From the NCBI GenBank assembly GCA_051362555.1, contig CM120648.1, positions 8,552,587-8,616,586 on the forward strand: a stretch of DNA of 64,000 bases, given 5' to 3'. Origin of the DNA: Lingula anatina (taxonomy: Eukaryota > Animalia > Brachiopoda). The notes beneath the pieces are model-generated. The model was given only the letters and a program-made list of their open reading frames with translations. It had not been told where the DNA came from and made no database searches. Both the position numbers and the translations under genes were made by a program. Below, one piece after another: positions 21,379-35,524 of this stretch (positions within the stretch are counted from its first letter, which is position 1; each line of letters starts with the position of its first letter).

Positions 21379-24300
21379 CTGAAAGTAGCAAAGGGAGTAT
21401 GTATATTAAATTTATAGAAAAGTCAATCTTCCTTTTTTTAAATTAAGTCTTAATTGACAAAAGATAGTTAGAAAAACATATTCAAATTAAAAAAAACGAT
21501 GAGTCTTTTTTTTAAATTGTTAACAAGCAATTGGAACCATCTTTATATCTTCTAGAATAATTTTGCAAAATGGGCTAGAATAAATCAATAGATTAGTTAT
21601 AATGAAAATACATGTACATGATAGAATGCGCTGGTCGTTCTCTTCAGTCGTTACTACATGAACCACAAAATACAAAATGTTTTTTTTTTAGATATTCCTT
21701 TTCCCCCTTTTTCACAACTAAAACAATGGAACGGTTGTAGAATGCATATATCCCTGTAAAGTTACAAACTGTAGTTGGGGGTGTTCCAAAACAACAGAGT
21801 TTTGATTGGTTAGTTCTACAAAATTGTTGAACATCTAAGAAAATTAATTTCTCTAAGTTATGTGCTTCGTCGTTTTTTGTTTTGTATCCAATTGCAACAT
21901 TTTCCTAGTTTGACAAAAACCAATACACTTAATGAAAAAAAACCTACCATGCTACGACTCTGCAAAATGAAAATAATTAACTAAAAGGAAAATCCTTGCG
22001 GGATGTTGTACTGGGGCTAGGGACTATGTCATTAAGCTTAAGCCCTTCCAGTTCCTAAGTTCGGTTTATTGATTCAAAGACAAATCAAAATTATTGGCAA
22101 TCAGTTTCGATAGTTTATAGTATATGTACTAGTACGGTGTGGTAGCATAAACATTTTGTACATATTATCCAATAAAAAGCACAAAGCGTACACAGAACTT
22201 ATAAAAAAAGTACTGCGGGTAACCATCTACACGGAGCCTCCGAGGTCGATCCTGCCAATAAATTAACTTAACTAAACATCGGCTCGGCTTACTAACTTGT
22301 GGAGAGCTTGACAAAGAAGTTCAAACTTTTTTTATACATGCTAGGTTCTTCCTCTAAGTATACCGGTACAGATATATATATAGCTTAAGTATACCTTTCG
22401 TCCAAGTTGTTGCCATAGATAGATAGATAGGTAGATGAATCTAATAGATAAATAAGATTTTTCTGAATTGTGAGCCGAAGAAATACAAAAGGAACCCCCG
22501 ACCAGCGAACTTTTTTTCGCGCTACTATATTAGGTCATGAGACGAAATTAGGTAATTATATATTTATAACACGGACGCCCATATTCATTATCATTCAGTG
22601 GTGTGCATATGCCATTTATTCACATTTATTCATTTACATTATGGGCCACAGCGGGGAAGACCATGCGACAGAAATGGTTTTCAAAGGACTGGAGGTCTGT
22701 GATCCCATCCGGTATGCCGTGATCCCATTCGGTGGCACTAGTAAAGGTAAAGGTTAGCCGGACGTATAGCGGGGTCAGTGTATAGGACGGATATCATTTG
22801 TATGAATTGAATTGATACAGAAAAGCAGACTACTAGTACCATTCCGGTCATAGGGTCAGGGTTGAAATCTGAGTACAAACTAATAAAAAGGAGCATCAGT
22901 CACGTGACAGCTATGATAGATCTAACGTATTGCAGAAGTCTGTAAGTCCATTATTTATCGCAAAAGTGGAGGAAACGAAATGATGTCTCAGAATACCACA
23001 TGTACAACGACGACAGCTCCCAGATAATCTTTTCACGTTATGTCTTTTTGGGCATAATTTCAATCAATACAAAACCGTCCCATATGCATCGTTTTGCGTC
23101 ACATTTAAGGAGATTGTGTATGCTGAACTACTTGAGCAAATGACATTAAGTAGACTTGTGACATTATGTAGACGAGAGATGAAAAGTAAATCGTTGAAAT
23201 TGTCGTTTAAGTATTTGCGAGCGTAGACTCTGACACAGACAGTAGGCTTACACCTGGCGGTTGGCCTGCATCAGAAGATCGACGTCGCTGGACTTTGTGT
23301 ACAGAAAACTGCACTCTCTGTCCGTAGCTGAATACCCATTAACGGCTGCTGTGGGAGATTGATCATTTTCCTAAACAGCATGCGGAAAGCAATTTATCAT
23401 GGACACACTTTGCCTGATCGTAATGGCGACTAAGTGACGGGCAATTAGTTTTCTTGGTCGACAGTTTGAACTTTGCCAAACGACACGGAGTAATTTCTGT
23501 GGTAAAATTGTTAGGATAAACAAATGCTGACTTTACTACTGGGATTCAGTAATTGCTTCATTCTAGATGAAAACAATTTATTGCGGGGGCATTCATATAG
23601 ATTTGTCATTGCTTCTTTATGCCCATTAGCAACTTTCATTTTTCCCGCTTTCATTTTTCTATACGCAAGCTGTAAATTTTTACGCTATTGTATCTTTGAC
23701 CAAATTTTAAAATAAAAATAAAAACATTCAAAGAGTTTCATTAACAAAATGGCACCAATATTTTGTCAAAATTACAGCTACTTAGAGTGTACACAAGAGA
23801 ACCTCACGTGTTATTTGTTTGTACAGTACAAAAGGAATAATAGGTTAAATGCACGTGCATTTCATAAGTCTCGTTCCGGTAGAAAAGAATTCCCCTAGCA
23901 ACAGTTTTTCCCCGAACCACATTTCCTTTAAACCGTCTCCGCTATAAGCAATACCCATTACACAACTATACAGGATGTAGGTAGGAGCTCTTTTTGAATT
24001 CGCGTATTTTTTTTTTTTTTTTTTCAAATTTGGGTATAATTGTGGTAATGTGGAAATGTATACTTTCCTGATCAGCAGGTTGGGCATTGATTTTGATTCA
24101 TTTACACTGAAAAATGAAGGTACAAGGAAACATGTTAGACACTGCATTCTTCGTGTTATTTATCCTTATCATTCAATATAGTTAGCGTGCATGCACGACC
24201 CCTTAAAAACATGCAGTCATCACATCTTTTGCTCCTCGTTACAAAAAAAGAAAAAGACTTTCTAAATTAATCAATTTTCATTCTCTTTACACTGAACAGA

Positions 24301-24827
24301 GATCAGTTGATTAGTTTGTACTTACTGGACCGTGTAAGGAATATCACGATCTCGCTACTATTACTCATCCCTGCTATGAACGCCGTCAGGCTAACTTCGT
24401 ACTTGGTTCTTTCTAATAACCCGTTTATTCTCAACGCGCTGGTTGTTCCGTCTAGTTCTATCACAGTCCTGCTTTTAGATGTGCCCATGGCCGAGAAAGT
24501 TCTGTGACTGAGTTCGAGATACGTAACATTCCATGTGGAGGAGATGTTCCAAGCTATCGTGGCGGCTGTTGGCTCGATGTCAACCACTGTCAAATTGAGG
24601 GATATGTGTCCGATATCTGAAAAAAAATTATGCCATATATATATATATATATATATATAAAAGAAATTTACATTTTTGAGATATTGAAAATGGAATGTCA
24701 TATGCGCTGAGAACACACCCCGAGACGAAAATGCAAACAACGATTGCCAGTAAGATCTCTGGAATGAAATGTTTAGATGTACTTATCGTTATTACGTTGG
24801 CGTCCGTAGGGAAAGCTTCCCAGTTAT
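21041..24827 (-). CDS. Fibronectin type III domain-containing protein, FNDC4/FNDC5 (irisin precursor)/Iditarod-like: join(24672-24827, 24326-24616, 21041-21378); 5' exon uncertain
   Basis: All junctions are GT-AG phase 1. Hydrophobic signal-like segment ILLAIVVCIFVSGCVLSA; single FN3 (LNLTVVDIEPTAATIAWN...LRINGLLERTKYEVSLTAF...SEIVIFLT); TM DLLIICMILLAWGVSISIFICKW resembling FNDC5 EVLIIVVVLFMWAGVIALFCRQY; cytoplasmic tail ending EEEVTKM*. Confidence 0.8.
24326..24616 (-). CDS. FNDC4/5-like gene, FN3-domain exon
   Basis: Acceptor ttttttcag, donor gtaagt, 291-nt symmetric phase-1 exon. FN3 hallmarks: strand-B Trp (TIAW), I.GL...T.Y.V.L.A, S...F.T. Confidence 0.88.
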
Positions 24828-27321
24828 CTGAAATCACTCAAGAGGATACATATTAATGCGAAATTAGCATGTTTAGCTATTTAGGGCACATTCTGTAACG
24901 CAACTTTTGACGTGAAGGAAATTAAACAATTTATGGCTTCTGTCGTGTTTCAGAAACAAATAAAACCAATCAAAAGAAACCTATAAAACGCCCATCTTTA
25001 AAAAAAGTAAGTTGATAAACTGATTGAAAGACATGTAAGTAGCCAAAATAAAGTAGGAAAGGTAAAAAAATCAGGAACCAATTAAATTTATGAAGAACCA
25101 AAGAGGCCAATAATGTAGTTTATAGTTACTATCTATATATCTGTAATTTGTTTTTGTACACAGCATTAAGCAAGCCGTCCTTTCTATATATATAGTATTA
25201 TAGTAATGTTTTCGTTTTACATAAATACCTTTTGACTGTTATTTCTTTGTGAGCTGAAACAGTTTGTTATAAATATCGGGCACTGTCTTAACAATAAAAC
25301 CAAATTACTTCTATCTTATTCACACTATATACCTGTACGTAGCAGGTATGTCGGAGCTAGATTCACGCGTGGTGAGTTCCTCAACAAAAACGGTAATATA
25401 TACTCATCTCTTCGTGTTTTTGGTTGTTATGACTTTTATACCCCAATAAACCGTACTCAAAAGCAATCAAAGTCACTGAAATGCTTTTATAGGCCTAACA
25501 TCAAAATATTTATTACGGCAATGTGTGAATTGAACTAATTACAACTATTCATTAAGTAGTCTAAATTGTCTGTATGACCAGATATCTCAGGTAAGAATTG
25601 CTTCCCCGTGTGTTCCACGCAGTATTTTTCTAATATAACAGCCATGTTATCAAATACAGTGAGAGATGCTGTTTATTAGGGTGCATTTATCAGTTTAATG
25701 TTGCCAGTAGATAGAAACTGCCTGGGTTCTAGTACCCATGGAGTACTTCGATTGAGATATACGCTATCCAGTGGGGTTGCGTTGGCAACACCACAGCCAG
25801 AATGGTGAATAAATCGAAACAACTTCAGGCCGATATCAGATATAAAGCTCTATAGCTTGCGAACTTGTGATCCCAGTTAAGGAACAGTAATGGCTTATAG
25901 ACAAGAAGGAATGAATTAATTCCAAGATGACAAGAATGTCGCAGGGATGAATCCGCTTAGCCGGGGGTTGTCTGTCTCGTTGCCTAGCAGCCTCTCCATG
26001 GTAACCATAGGCTGTGCTCTAGCAATCAACTCAGATTTAGTTTTTTATTCTCGTAAATCAAGATTGTCGACTGCTACAAAATGCAGACACAGAGAAATGT
26101 CACAAAATAATTGAAAAAGTTAGCAAATAGTTATGGGTATGTTTATGTTTATGCCAGATTATCTATTCTTCCTTAAATTTACTTAACGGATTTTCATAAA
26201 TTTAAAAGTAAAAGAGGGGGGATTGAAAGGTATGGTCACGGTTACCATGGTTTCCAGGTGTCAAGAGACTCAACGCCTACGCTCTCACAAAAAAGGCAGT
26301 TAATGGCATAGCACACATAGTTGTGTTATCCAAAAATGTTTGGAGGTATGGTTATGAAAACAATGGCGTATCTTTACACGCAGAAAAAACGTTTCAACGC
26401 CGGCATGTTGGCAATATCGTGTTCTAATACCAGAAATAATTGCGTCACGTAAGTTTTTATTCTATTGCGCAAAAATACAGATTATGGCTGCTTAGCATTC
26501 CCATGTGAGAATTTAGCACCTGAAAAAATTGACCTTATTTCCACGACAGAAAATAATCAACCGCTGTAGTCCTAATAAAATATAAGGTTCAGATTTCCAG
26601 CAGAATCGATTGGAATCAGAGGAAAAAAACTTTGTGCTATGTTCACAAACAAAATGTCAAATGAATTTGATGCAGAATATCCACCTTCACATCAATGTTC
26701 TTCATCCAAAAGATTTGCACTTAATCTTCATGATATCAAATAGCAGGAAACAAGACTATAATTCGACCATGTATATTAATTGCATAATACCTTCACAATT
26801 TTCCAGAACAAATACTTCGCCATAGTGGATCGAATTTGTGCGTACAGAATTGGCCTACACAGATTCACCCGTTCATCCACCAACGCCGTAAATACTAATA
26901 GTATTAGTAATAGTTTTTTTTTCCTTAAATACGGTTACAACCCACGATATTTCTTTTTAAATTTTGAACAGAAAAGTGAGGCGTCACCTAATTAAGTCTT
27001 TCACGGTGCCGATACTCATGTACGCGTACGTACGTCTTGCTTATGACCATCGTAAGGTGATCAAAGAATGTGAATATCATTAAATAACACACACACCCAC
27101 CCACATACGAACTCGGACACAAACACACATGCGTGTGTACATACACACACTCAAGCACGCCTGTGGTCGCATCTCAAACTATTTTATCTATTATCCAAAA
27201 CACAGCGTGCATGTCGTGTGACACAACACCCTCAACAGTTACAAACGTGACATTAATGTCTACTGGTTAAGTACCCTAAAAACTACCCCGATATCAAAAC
27301 GCACACCAGCCAGACCATACT

Positions 27322-27428
27322 CCTAGCAAACACAGAACGTTATTCTAACGATAACATAATGTTTATATTAACCAAAAACATTACGGTAACGTTATGGTAA
27401 CGTTAGAAAACGCTCTGTGTTTGTTGGA
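27322..27428. mobile_element. 107-bp MITE, CCCAGCAAACACA-type termini, 2-bp TSD
   Basis: cctagcaaacacagaacgttattctaacg / cgttagaaaacgctctgtgtttgttgga, flanked by CT on both sides. Confidence 0.7.
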
Positions 27429-28340
27429 CTTGGATTATACTTGCGTGTTACAGTTTCAAGCGACAACTACAGTACGACACCAATGTGTCTCCCTGCCGAT
27501 CCAAACCAGTTCAATGACCTTCCATGCAGTTGACTTTTAAAAAACACAAAGTCAAATTCACTTTCACTAATTCCAGTCCATATGCCTTCAATCTGTCTCC
27601 AAGTGCGATGAACACAATTCTGCCAAATGCGAGCACTTCGATGATTTGAAAGTCTCTGCGTGTAAAAGATACGGTGATCCTCAAAACTGTGGGAACACCA
27701 TAACCACTGGTTGTAATTGTGAAGACGCTATTGCGGTCTTATCACGTATTCGTTAAAACTGATACAAATACTTATGAGAGACCCTGTTTGTTCAGTCATG
27801 TGTTTATGCAAAGGCTATTTGAAAAGGCTCTTTAGACCAAGAGTATGGTCATTTTTCTCATTACATGTCGGCACTTGTCTACAAGAAAATGATAAATGGA
27901 ATGCATTTGGTAAACTCTGTACGTAGAAGTTAATCTGAACCTATTGGTGGATGGCAACGTGATTATTGGTTTAAGAAACACAGTTAAAGCCTCAGTGCGT
28001 TTCTCGGCACGTTTATATTTAATAACACTGTGAGGATCGTCACGATTTGAATCTGGAAACACGACGCAAAGTTTGAACACAATGAGATTAATTGTCGATG
28101 TTCTTTAGTGTTACGCTGCATTCTTTTTAAAGGTATTAGAATAAGGCCCAAGGAAACACGATTTTAACCTTACGGGTGCATGTCCACGGAATAAAATGTA
28201 CTGCTTAGCTTGTTAAAAAAACCCATTAACTAACTGATTGAGGTACACCTGTTCACTAAAACAATCAAAGGGAAAACAACCGGTCGTTTTGCTCACAAAA
28301 TCGATTTTCTCGGGGTAAAGGATGTTATTTCCATACTTAC

Positions 28341-28359
28341 CAATGGTTGGTGAATCCAT
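28341..28359 (-). CDS. Candidate short ATG-containing first exon of the FNDC4/5-like gene (MDSPTI)
   Basis: ATG GAT TCA CCA ACC ATT G|gtaagta is a consensus donor in phase 1, matching the ATG-less exon 24672-24827. It has an in-frame upstream stop. Speculative. Confidence 0.3.
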
Positions 28360-31300
28360 TCCGACATTCAAAGTTAGTCCATGTTTTTTTTCCTTATTTT
28401 CTTTTGTAATTACCTCTTAAGAGATTATTAGGGAGTTATAGCCATCTGTGAGGGACCACGTGGTCTGATGGCAAGCACAGATTCTTGAATAATTACCATA
28501 ACCGACATTTTGCTGGTAAAATGGAATTTGTTATATCTTTATGAGTTTGTTTACAGTATTTTTATTGTGAAATATAAATCTCATGCAAACAGTTGTTATC
28601 CCTTTTATTGTGAATGGTTATATAATCGTTGAATGGCGTTCATTGTTATGCAGCCAGGTTTTATTATGACGTGACCTGTGAAGCACTTGAAACCGTGTTA
28701 TCTTTTATTTTACGTTCAGTCATGCGCTTCCGTGTTGGCAGAAGATAAAATAAAAAGATAAAATGCCAGTGATTTATTGTTTTCCTTTTCAATTCAAACA
28801 GTGTGTTTCAGAGATACGCGTATCGTGTGCTCTTTATTCGCTCTTGGTATTGTGCATGTTCACAACAGTCTCATCTACATAACGTCATTTCGTAATTATT
28901 GTGAAATCATATATGACGTCACATATTTGCCATGGCAATATCGTTTTCCTCTCTGTATGTGTGCTTGCATCTTCAGAATAAGAAAGTCACATATGTATAT
29001 GTATGACTGTGCTATGGACGTTATTAACAGTGTACATTCAAGTCGATCATACAAATTAATACTAGTACAGAAGCGCCACAAGATAAATTAGAAAAAGGAT
29101 AACTAAGTTTTCAATTTGTGGAGTGTGGTTAATGGTTGAGATATGGCGATAGCATGGAAGAAACAACTTTGATAAATCATTCATGAAGAGAAGGTCTACT
29201 GCCTCGGATGTCAATTTCGAAGAAACACCTCCGCTGAGTTGTGCTTCTAGGGGTCTGACATTTTAAGGTAACACTTACAGAAATCGGCGCTTAATCTCAC
29301 GGGAATCTAAGAAAATATGGCATATTGCTAAATGGATTTTATTTTGACGTGTCCTTTTGATAAGTTTCAATCAGGATAGGAGGAAGTAGTCAACAATTCT
29401 CCAAGGGGTGAAGAAAAGTCAAATAAATCAGATTATATTTCGTTGATATAAAGCTAAATACTTCATGGTATAGAGCAAACATTCGTTACGATTGAAACAG
29501 CTTGTATTAATTTTGCTGTTTCATTTTCATGGAAAGATCGGGGTGATCATTTTGTAGTAAAGGGGGGCGTATGAGAAATTTCTGAAGGGAAATTTATTTA
29601 TTTATTTGCCAGTTTGTATATTGACTGATTACGATTTACACAGCACAAGTACCGGTATCAATAAGAGTGCGAATAGAATGTGTTGATCGGGATAAAATGC
29701 TACGTTTCAAAGCAAAACGTGAAAATTAATTTCGAGTACTGATCATACTAAATAATTAAAACACCGATTCGACTTTGCAACCTACGCCAACGATTTTCAA
29801 GATAGAAATGATGTCTGGGACTCAGTGAGCTGGTCACGCCTGACCATTGCTTTTATTATTTCCTAAGTCAAGTATTAGATTTATTTTTTTTCTTTAACTT
29901 CTTATGTGATATCGGTGTGATATCACAATGCTGGATGAAACAGAATATTCACCCTGTTGTTTAGAAACAAACTCTGGTTGGAACTCAAACAATCGTCCAT
30001 TCTTGACACACAATGCCATTTAAGCATTTTTATTGAACGATTTTTTTTCACTTCGAAAACACACATTTCCTTTATCATTGCCTACTTCCTACTTGAAGCA
30101 ATCTTAATGTTTTAATGGTACTCAAGCTTTAAAAAATGCTGCTGTATGACGTCAAAAGTTAATGCCCAGGAAGCAACAAGCTGATTTGAGCCATGGACTA
30201 TGCAAAAGCACACGGCGACACGCACGGGCGTGTATATTTAGATGGTTTTATCTTAAAAGAAGATGCTCGCTCAAGGACTGTCCTGATATACGCGTCATCG
30301 TTAATGGAAAGATAGACCCTAAATACTCCACATGCTCAGTGATTTAAAACACATTTTATTCAAATGTGCATGCGTGTGCTAGGTTTCTGAAACGCAAATG
30401 AAACATACTAAAGTTCTGTATTCGTTTTCTGCGAGTTGCCTATAGATTCAATGTCCGTTACTTTTACCAGAAAGTTTCACAGTTTACGTGATATCATAAT
30501 GGATTATTTGATGGCCATTGTTCGTTGAACCACATCAGTTGTTGTGCCAATACTCTCTGAAAGCAATCTAGGTAGAAATATTGCCTCTGCTTCCAAATGA
30601 TCACGTTATATATAATGAGATTTTTCGTGTCTGACTACTAACCTACTGGGTATGGGTGATGGACGCAAACGAGGAGCCAGTGCGCTTTTCGGAAGGCTAT
30701 GCGAGCGTGGTCGATAGGATCTTCATCAGCTATATAAGGTGTTCATCAGCCTATTAGAACGGCGGAATTGAAGGAGGTATTCTGACAAATTACCAGAAGG
30801 ATTCAAGACGGGGGAATATTGCATTTGAAAACTTATGACACTTTAGCAACTTTATGAGAGTTTACAAGGGTTTACGTTTTTTATCGTATGATTATTTTAA
30901 CAAAACGGTCGACTGGAAACCATAGATTGAACTTATTTATTATTAATATAATTTTTGCTTCTACGTCTTTGCCAAAAGAAATTGTTACCTTTAAACATTT
31001 ATTGACCGGTGGGGTTTCCGTTAAGTATCTACAGAGCGATGCCATCATTTCCAGTCACTGGGTACCAACCCTAAACCTAGCGTTTTGATCTCCCTCACTG
31101 TACTTCCACGTTCAAAATCCAATATAGTATATGTAAAAGCTATTAATGCGATAGTAGAACCAACACAAAATAACTGAAACAATATATCTAATCTTGCAGC
31201 TTTTCTGAGAGGTTTTTAACGGCTGAATCATATATTTCAATTAACGGAATCAGGTGTCAAGGGCCCTCATAGGTTATAAGCATGCAGTAATGTTGTCCAA

Positions 31301-31754
31301 ATAGGACGCGCTGGTTTTCAATAAAATCCCACTTAAAACGCACACACTATCACATGCTATGCAGAAAAATGAAAAAAAAAATTCAAAGAGACGATTGTCA
31401 AAGCAAAACAAATGGATAAATGCCAATTTCCTTCAGTCTAGTTGCAAATTGAATTCTGACAAACTCTGCGCGAACATTACTTTTCATTTGCCTTCATAAA
31501 GAAATTAATAATAATTCGTGCCACAATTAAGGGTCTTGCACAACACTCAACTGCACCTAAGCCTTGGTAATTAATCGAGATTTATTGATCTTGCCCCAGT
31601 GTTTTGGTGTTTATGATCATTTGCTGGCAAATGCATTTATTGCTTATGTTGTCTTGAAGGATAAAAGGAGCCACGTGAACACTTTATTTCTTAATTGCCT
31701 TGTGTTAAATGTCTGTTCATCGGACAAATACATCATACACGCACTAATACACAA

Positions 31755-31798
<44 letters not shown>

Positions 31799-32004
31799 GT
31801 GGAGGTTTGATTCACCAAGCAGTTACATGCAATTGCACGTTCAAACAACATTTTTCGAAATTGAGAAAATGATGTAAGTTGCACAAAGCAATACATGTAC
31901 CATCCGGCATTGTCACTTCCAAATGGGATCATAGTGCAAGACGCCAGTACCTTCATTTTACACCGAAAAACGATGACTTGGACTCCTACAATAAATCAAT
32001 CGTA

Positions 32005-32208
32005 GACCCCATTTCCAGAGATTAGATCGATCTACTTTAGATCGCCCTAACTCCCTGGGGATTCACGCTAAATAGCGAATAACGAAAGTTAATTACCCTC
32101 TTACAGCTTGTAGTAGGCGGGACGGACATTTAAGCCGGATTATCTGACAGTAATCAAGTGAGACTCCCCGCGGAGATAGATCGATCTAAAAGCTCTGGGA
32201 ATACAGCC
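32005..32208. mobile_element. ~200-bp MITE family copy 2 (PIF/Harbinger-like)
   Basis: TIRs gaccccatttccagagattagatcgatct / agatcgatctaaaagctctgggaatacagcc; 3-bp TSD GTA on both sides. Confidence 0.85.
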
Positions 32209-32619
32209 GTAGTCTTGTACCTCATTCTGGGACAACTCCTAAGAGACCTGGTACAAATCAAAACATTCTTCGAGACCAGATGTTTCCTACCAGAATAACA
32301 ATGCAGATCTCATTACTTTACATTCATTAAATAGACTTTACCATATACGTAGCAACGCCTGTCACCTCTAATAACAAATCAAATAAGACGGAAGGTCATT
32401 GCAAAGAGAAAGAAGTGCAGTTCAATTCAACAGCCATCCGTAATTTTTTAAGTATGTTCCCTATGTATGTGGGTGTAGGATCGAAGAATGTTTGTTGTGA
32501 GACAGGTATATAAATACATACTTTCTACCAAGTAAACCAAATGCTATAATGAAAAGAAACATCACAATTTTCACTACTAGCCAAACCAACAAGGAACCCA
32601 ATATTCTTCTATATGGCCT

Positions 32620-32870
32620 ACAGTGAATATGTGGTGCGGTTGCGATATTCATGAAAAATTTGTAGAGGCCATTGTGAACAGTGAAACTGCATGCGGTGAC
32701 ATCCATTTTACATCAGTCTATATGTCAGTGAACATATCTGTAAAAACTGACGGCACAGTTATGGATAAGGAGTTATCTGCTATAATAAGAAAGGCAAACG
32801 AGATTCTGAGAAGATTACGCAACAAAATACTTAAACTCCATGATGTTACCATGGCACAAACTTAAAGTGT
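32620..32870 (+). mobile_element. RTE-clade LINE fragment (region C-terminal to RT)
   Basis: HFTSVYMSVNISVKTDGTVMDKELSAIIRKANEILRRLRNKILKLHDV resembles the RTE consensus F.YLGS.IS.DG..DKEI..RI.KA..A.GRLR..V...H.I. Confidence 0.65.
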
Positions 32871-35453
32871 GCGAGATTATTCCTACTTAACAGTGACATC
32901 ATAGACTTCCGGTGACAAAATAGCTGGGGCATTGTTAGTCCAGAATTGGACTACATGTGGACTGCATACTAGCTATATATGAGGACTCTCAAACGCCAGT
33001 AGCTGGCTAAAATGTGTAAAGTCTTCCTCGAACCAAAGGACTACCATTTATGTAAAAATTAATTAGTGAAAAAAACATTTCAAAGTCCGATTTCCCCTTA
33101 ATATATACAAGCACGGGTTACGAGCAATTTATCAGAACAGTTTTTTTACTTGTGTTATTCTTTATTTTTTATTATCTCTAAGGACAATAACGCTATTTCA
33201 CCCAACCAAACACTTTGATTCGAGGCGATGTCACCCGCTGCGCCAAATGACCTCTAGAAAATATGAACTATCAGACCCTAACCGATCATATTAATAAAAC
33301 TAGTCAAGATGGCGTCATTCGCTGACCTACGCCTAGCATTTACAACGCGAAGTCAATCGTTAAGCAAGTACTTGATTTTCTAAACTGAAATTAACGTCCC
33401 AAAGATTCCCTACTTCCGGCTTGTGTGTTCTGTTAACCATTCACACTAGATCTTTTGTTGGATGTTCTTAATCGCTTTTGAGAGTATCAACGTGCAATTT
33501 ACTGAACTTTGCATTTATCGTGGTATGAATTGAGCAGCCAAAGCTTGTAATCGTAAAGTTAACGCACGATTTTTTTTCAGGACCTAGGTATTCCGACAAG
33601 CTCTTAGGCAGAGGCAGTCCAGATCGCGAACATTCAGAGTGCACATCGCGGGTTAATGATTTATCAGCAGTCCTGAGTGTAAAGCACACATTAATAACCT
33701 GAACAAGAAGAGTTACGCGACAGAGCAATAACTGCGGCGTAACAATAATAACCTACACAAACACGTACAAGTGGTTTGTCGAAGCTGAAAATCCATTTAA
33801 TTTTACCTTGCCACGACATTTGTTTCTAGTTGAATTAGAATGAAGATATCACATCCGAATTTTGGCTTATGTTGTACGATGTGCTTGTTTAAAACCTTGC
33901 ACCATCTAGAACCAAAACGACACACTGTTCTAGATCTAGACCTTTGCTTCATTTGATTTTGTATACAAATTTAATTTTGAGTTTATTTGTGCATCCATAA
34001 GGCATGCTGTACCCTACGGATGACACTAGTTTCAATGGGTTATTGTTACTGCAGGAGAAACACGCATTTCCAGATATAGAAAACGTCAAGCATAGTTTGA
34101 TAACACATTGTTGCAACTCATTACAACGTTATTGAAAATCAAGTCGTAAAATCCAATTACAGGTGCCTTTCATTATTAATCCATTGTTATCTCATAGGTT
34201 GCACTTCATCTTTAGAGCGAGAAAGCAATCAGTGTTGAACAAGGGGACGTATCGGGGGATTATATCATCCTAACGACGTAAAATAGAATCAGATTAGTTG
34301 CTATTAATACCCGGAAAATTAACACATTCACCCGTGCTAATACCTCTGGCAGTTGAGTTAATTGGAAGCTATTATTGACAGGCCAGAGCGACAGACTTTG
34401 CAACGACTCGCTCCACCTCCGTGTAGAACGCTGAGGCTTCCTTTCAAACATTCCCAGACAATTGTGCGCCAGTCCGTCAATCAACGGCGGAAATGCCACA
34501 AATTATTGAAAAATGTAATTTCTTTTACGCATTAGCGGTTTTCCGAAATGCAAAAACAACTAAAATTGATTTTGTGTCAAACTTTTATATTTTGAAAAGA
34601 GGCCAAGGAAACGCAAACAGCAATTAATTCGAGTCAATAGCAGAATTCCAAGGCGAAGTCATTGATTCATATTGGTTTGAAGAAAATTACACTCGCTTGT
34701 CGTATTCTTGGGGTATCTAACAAATCCCTAGAACTCCAAGTTTTATTACAAACCATCACCTTATCATTTTAAGCACATAGTCTTTAAAAAAAAGCAGGGA
34801 ATGATATCTTCCAAATCATTTGGGGCTAGTTAAAACAGATCAATATTCTGCTTGGAGACGGCGAATGCTATTATATCATTATATCACCGTATCAATCACG
34901 GAAAACAATTAATGATTTGACGGCAATTCCTTTGCGATTATCAAGTGAGCCAATCTGCGTAACAATCACAATGATTGGACATTATGTTGATTGACATATT
35001 TTCGTGGGTGGGCTAAAAGATTGACTGTGAATAATATTATGTTCAGACCAATTTTTTAAACAATTAACTTTCCATAAATCGTGATCATCTCACTTTGTAA
35101 AATGTTGGGAATATACATTAATTCCGTTGCAAATCAAATATATATATCCATGGACTGTATATCGACAATGAAAAAAAAATTACGTCATAAATAATAGTGC
35201 TTCTTTCTTTAGCAGATCTTTTAAAAGATACTCCAACCAAATAGTGATAGACATTAATATATTACTTGCAGATGCCGTGATAGCAATGTAATGTCATGTT
35301 TTTATCGATACCAATCTGTGCATCATTGTATCATAATTACATTGTATCGATCATGTAATAACAGTCGTTTCACTTGCCTACAATTCTTGAAGGCTTCCTA
35401 ACACCGAGAACAATAAGGATTGATGAGTCTGTTTGGTTGGGTACTTAAGGTTT

Positions 35454-35454
<1 letters not shown>

Positions 35455-35522
<68 letters not shown>
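35455..35522. repeat. (TA)n microsatellite; similar tracts at ~12565-12613, 24635-24658, 54322-54381 and 59354-59410
   Basis: Directly visible. Confidence 0.95.

Positions 35523-35524
<2 letters not shown>

Noticed and set aside
25690-25830. tRNA or tRNA-derived SINE
   Set aside because: Only a vague B-box-like ggttcta; no cloverleaf and no second copy in the window.
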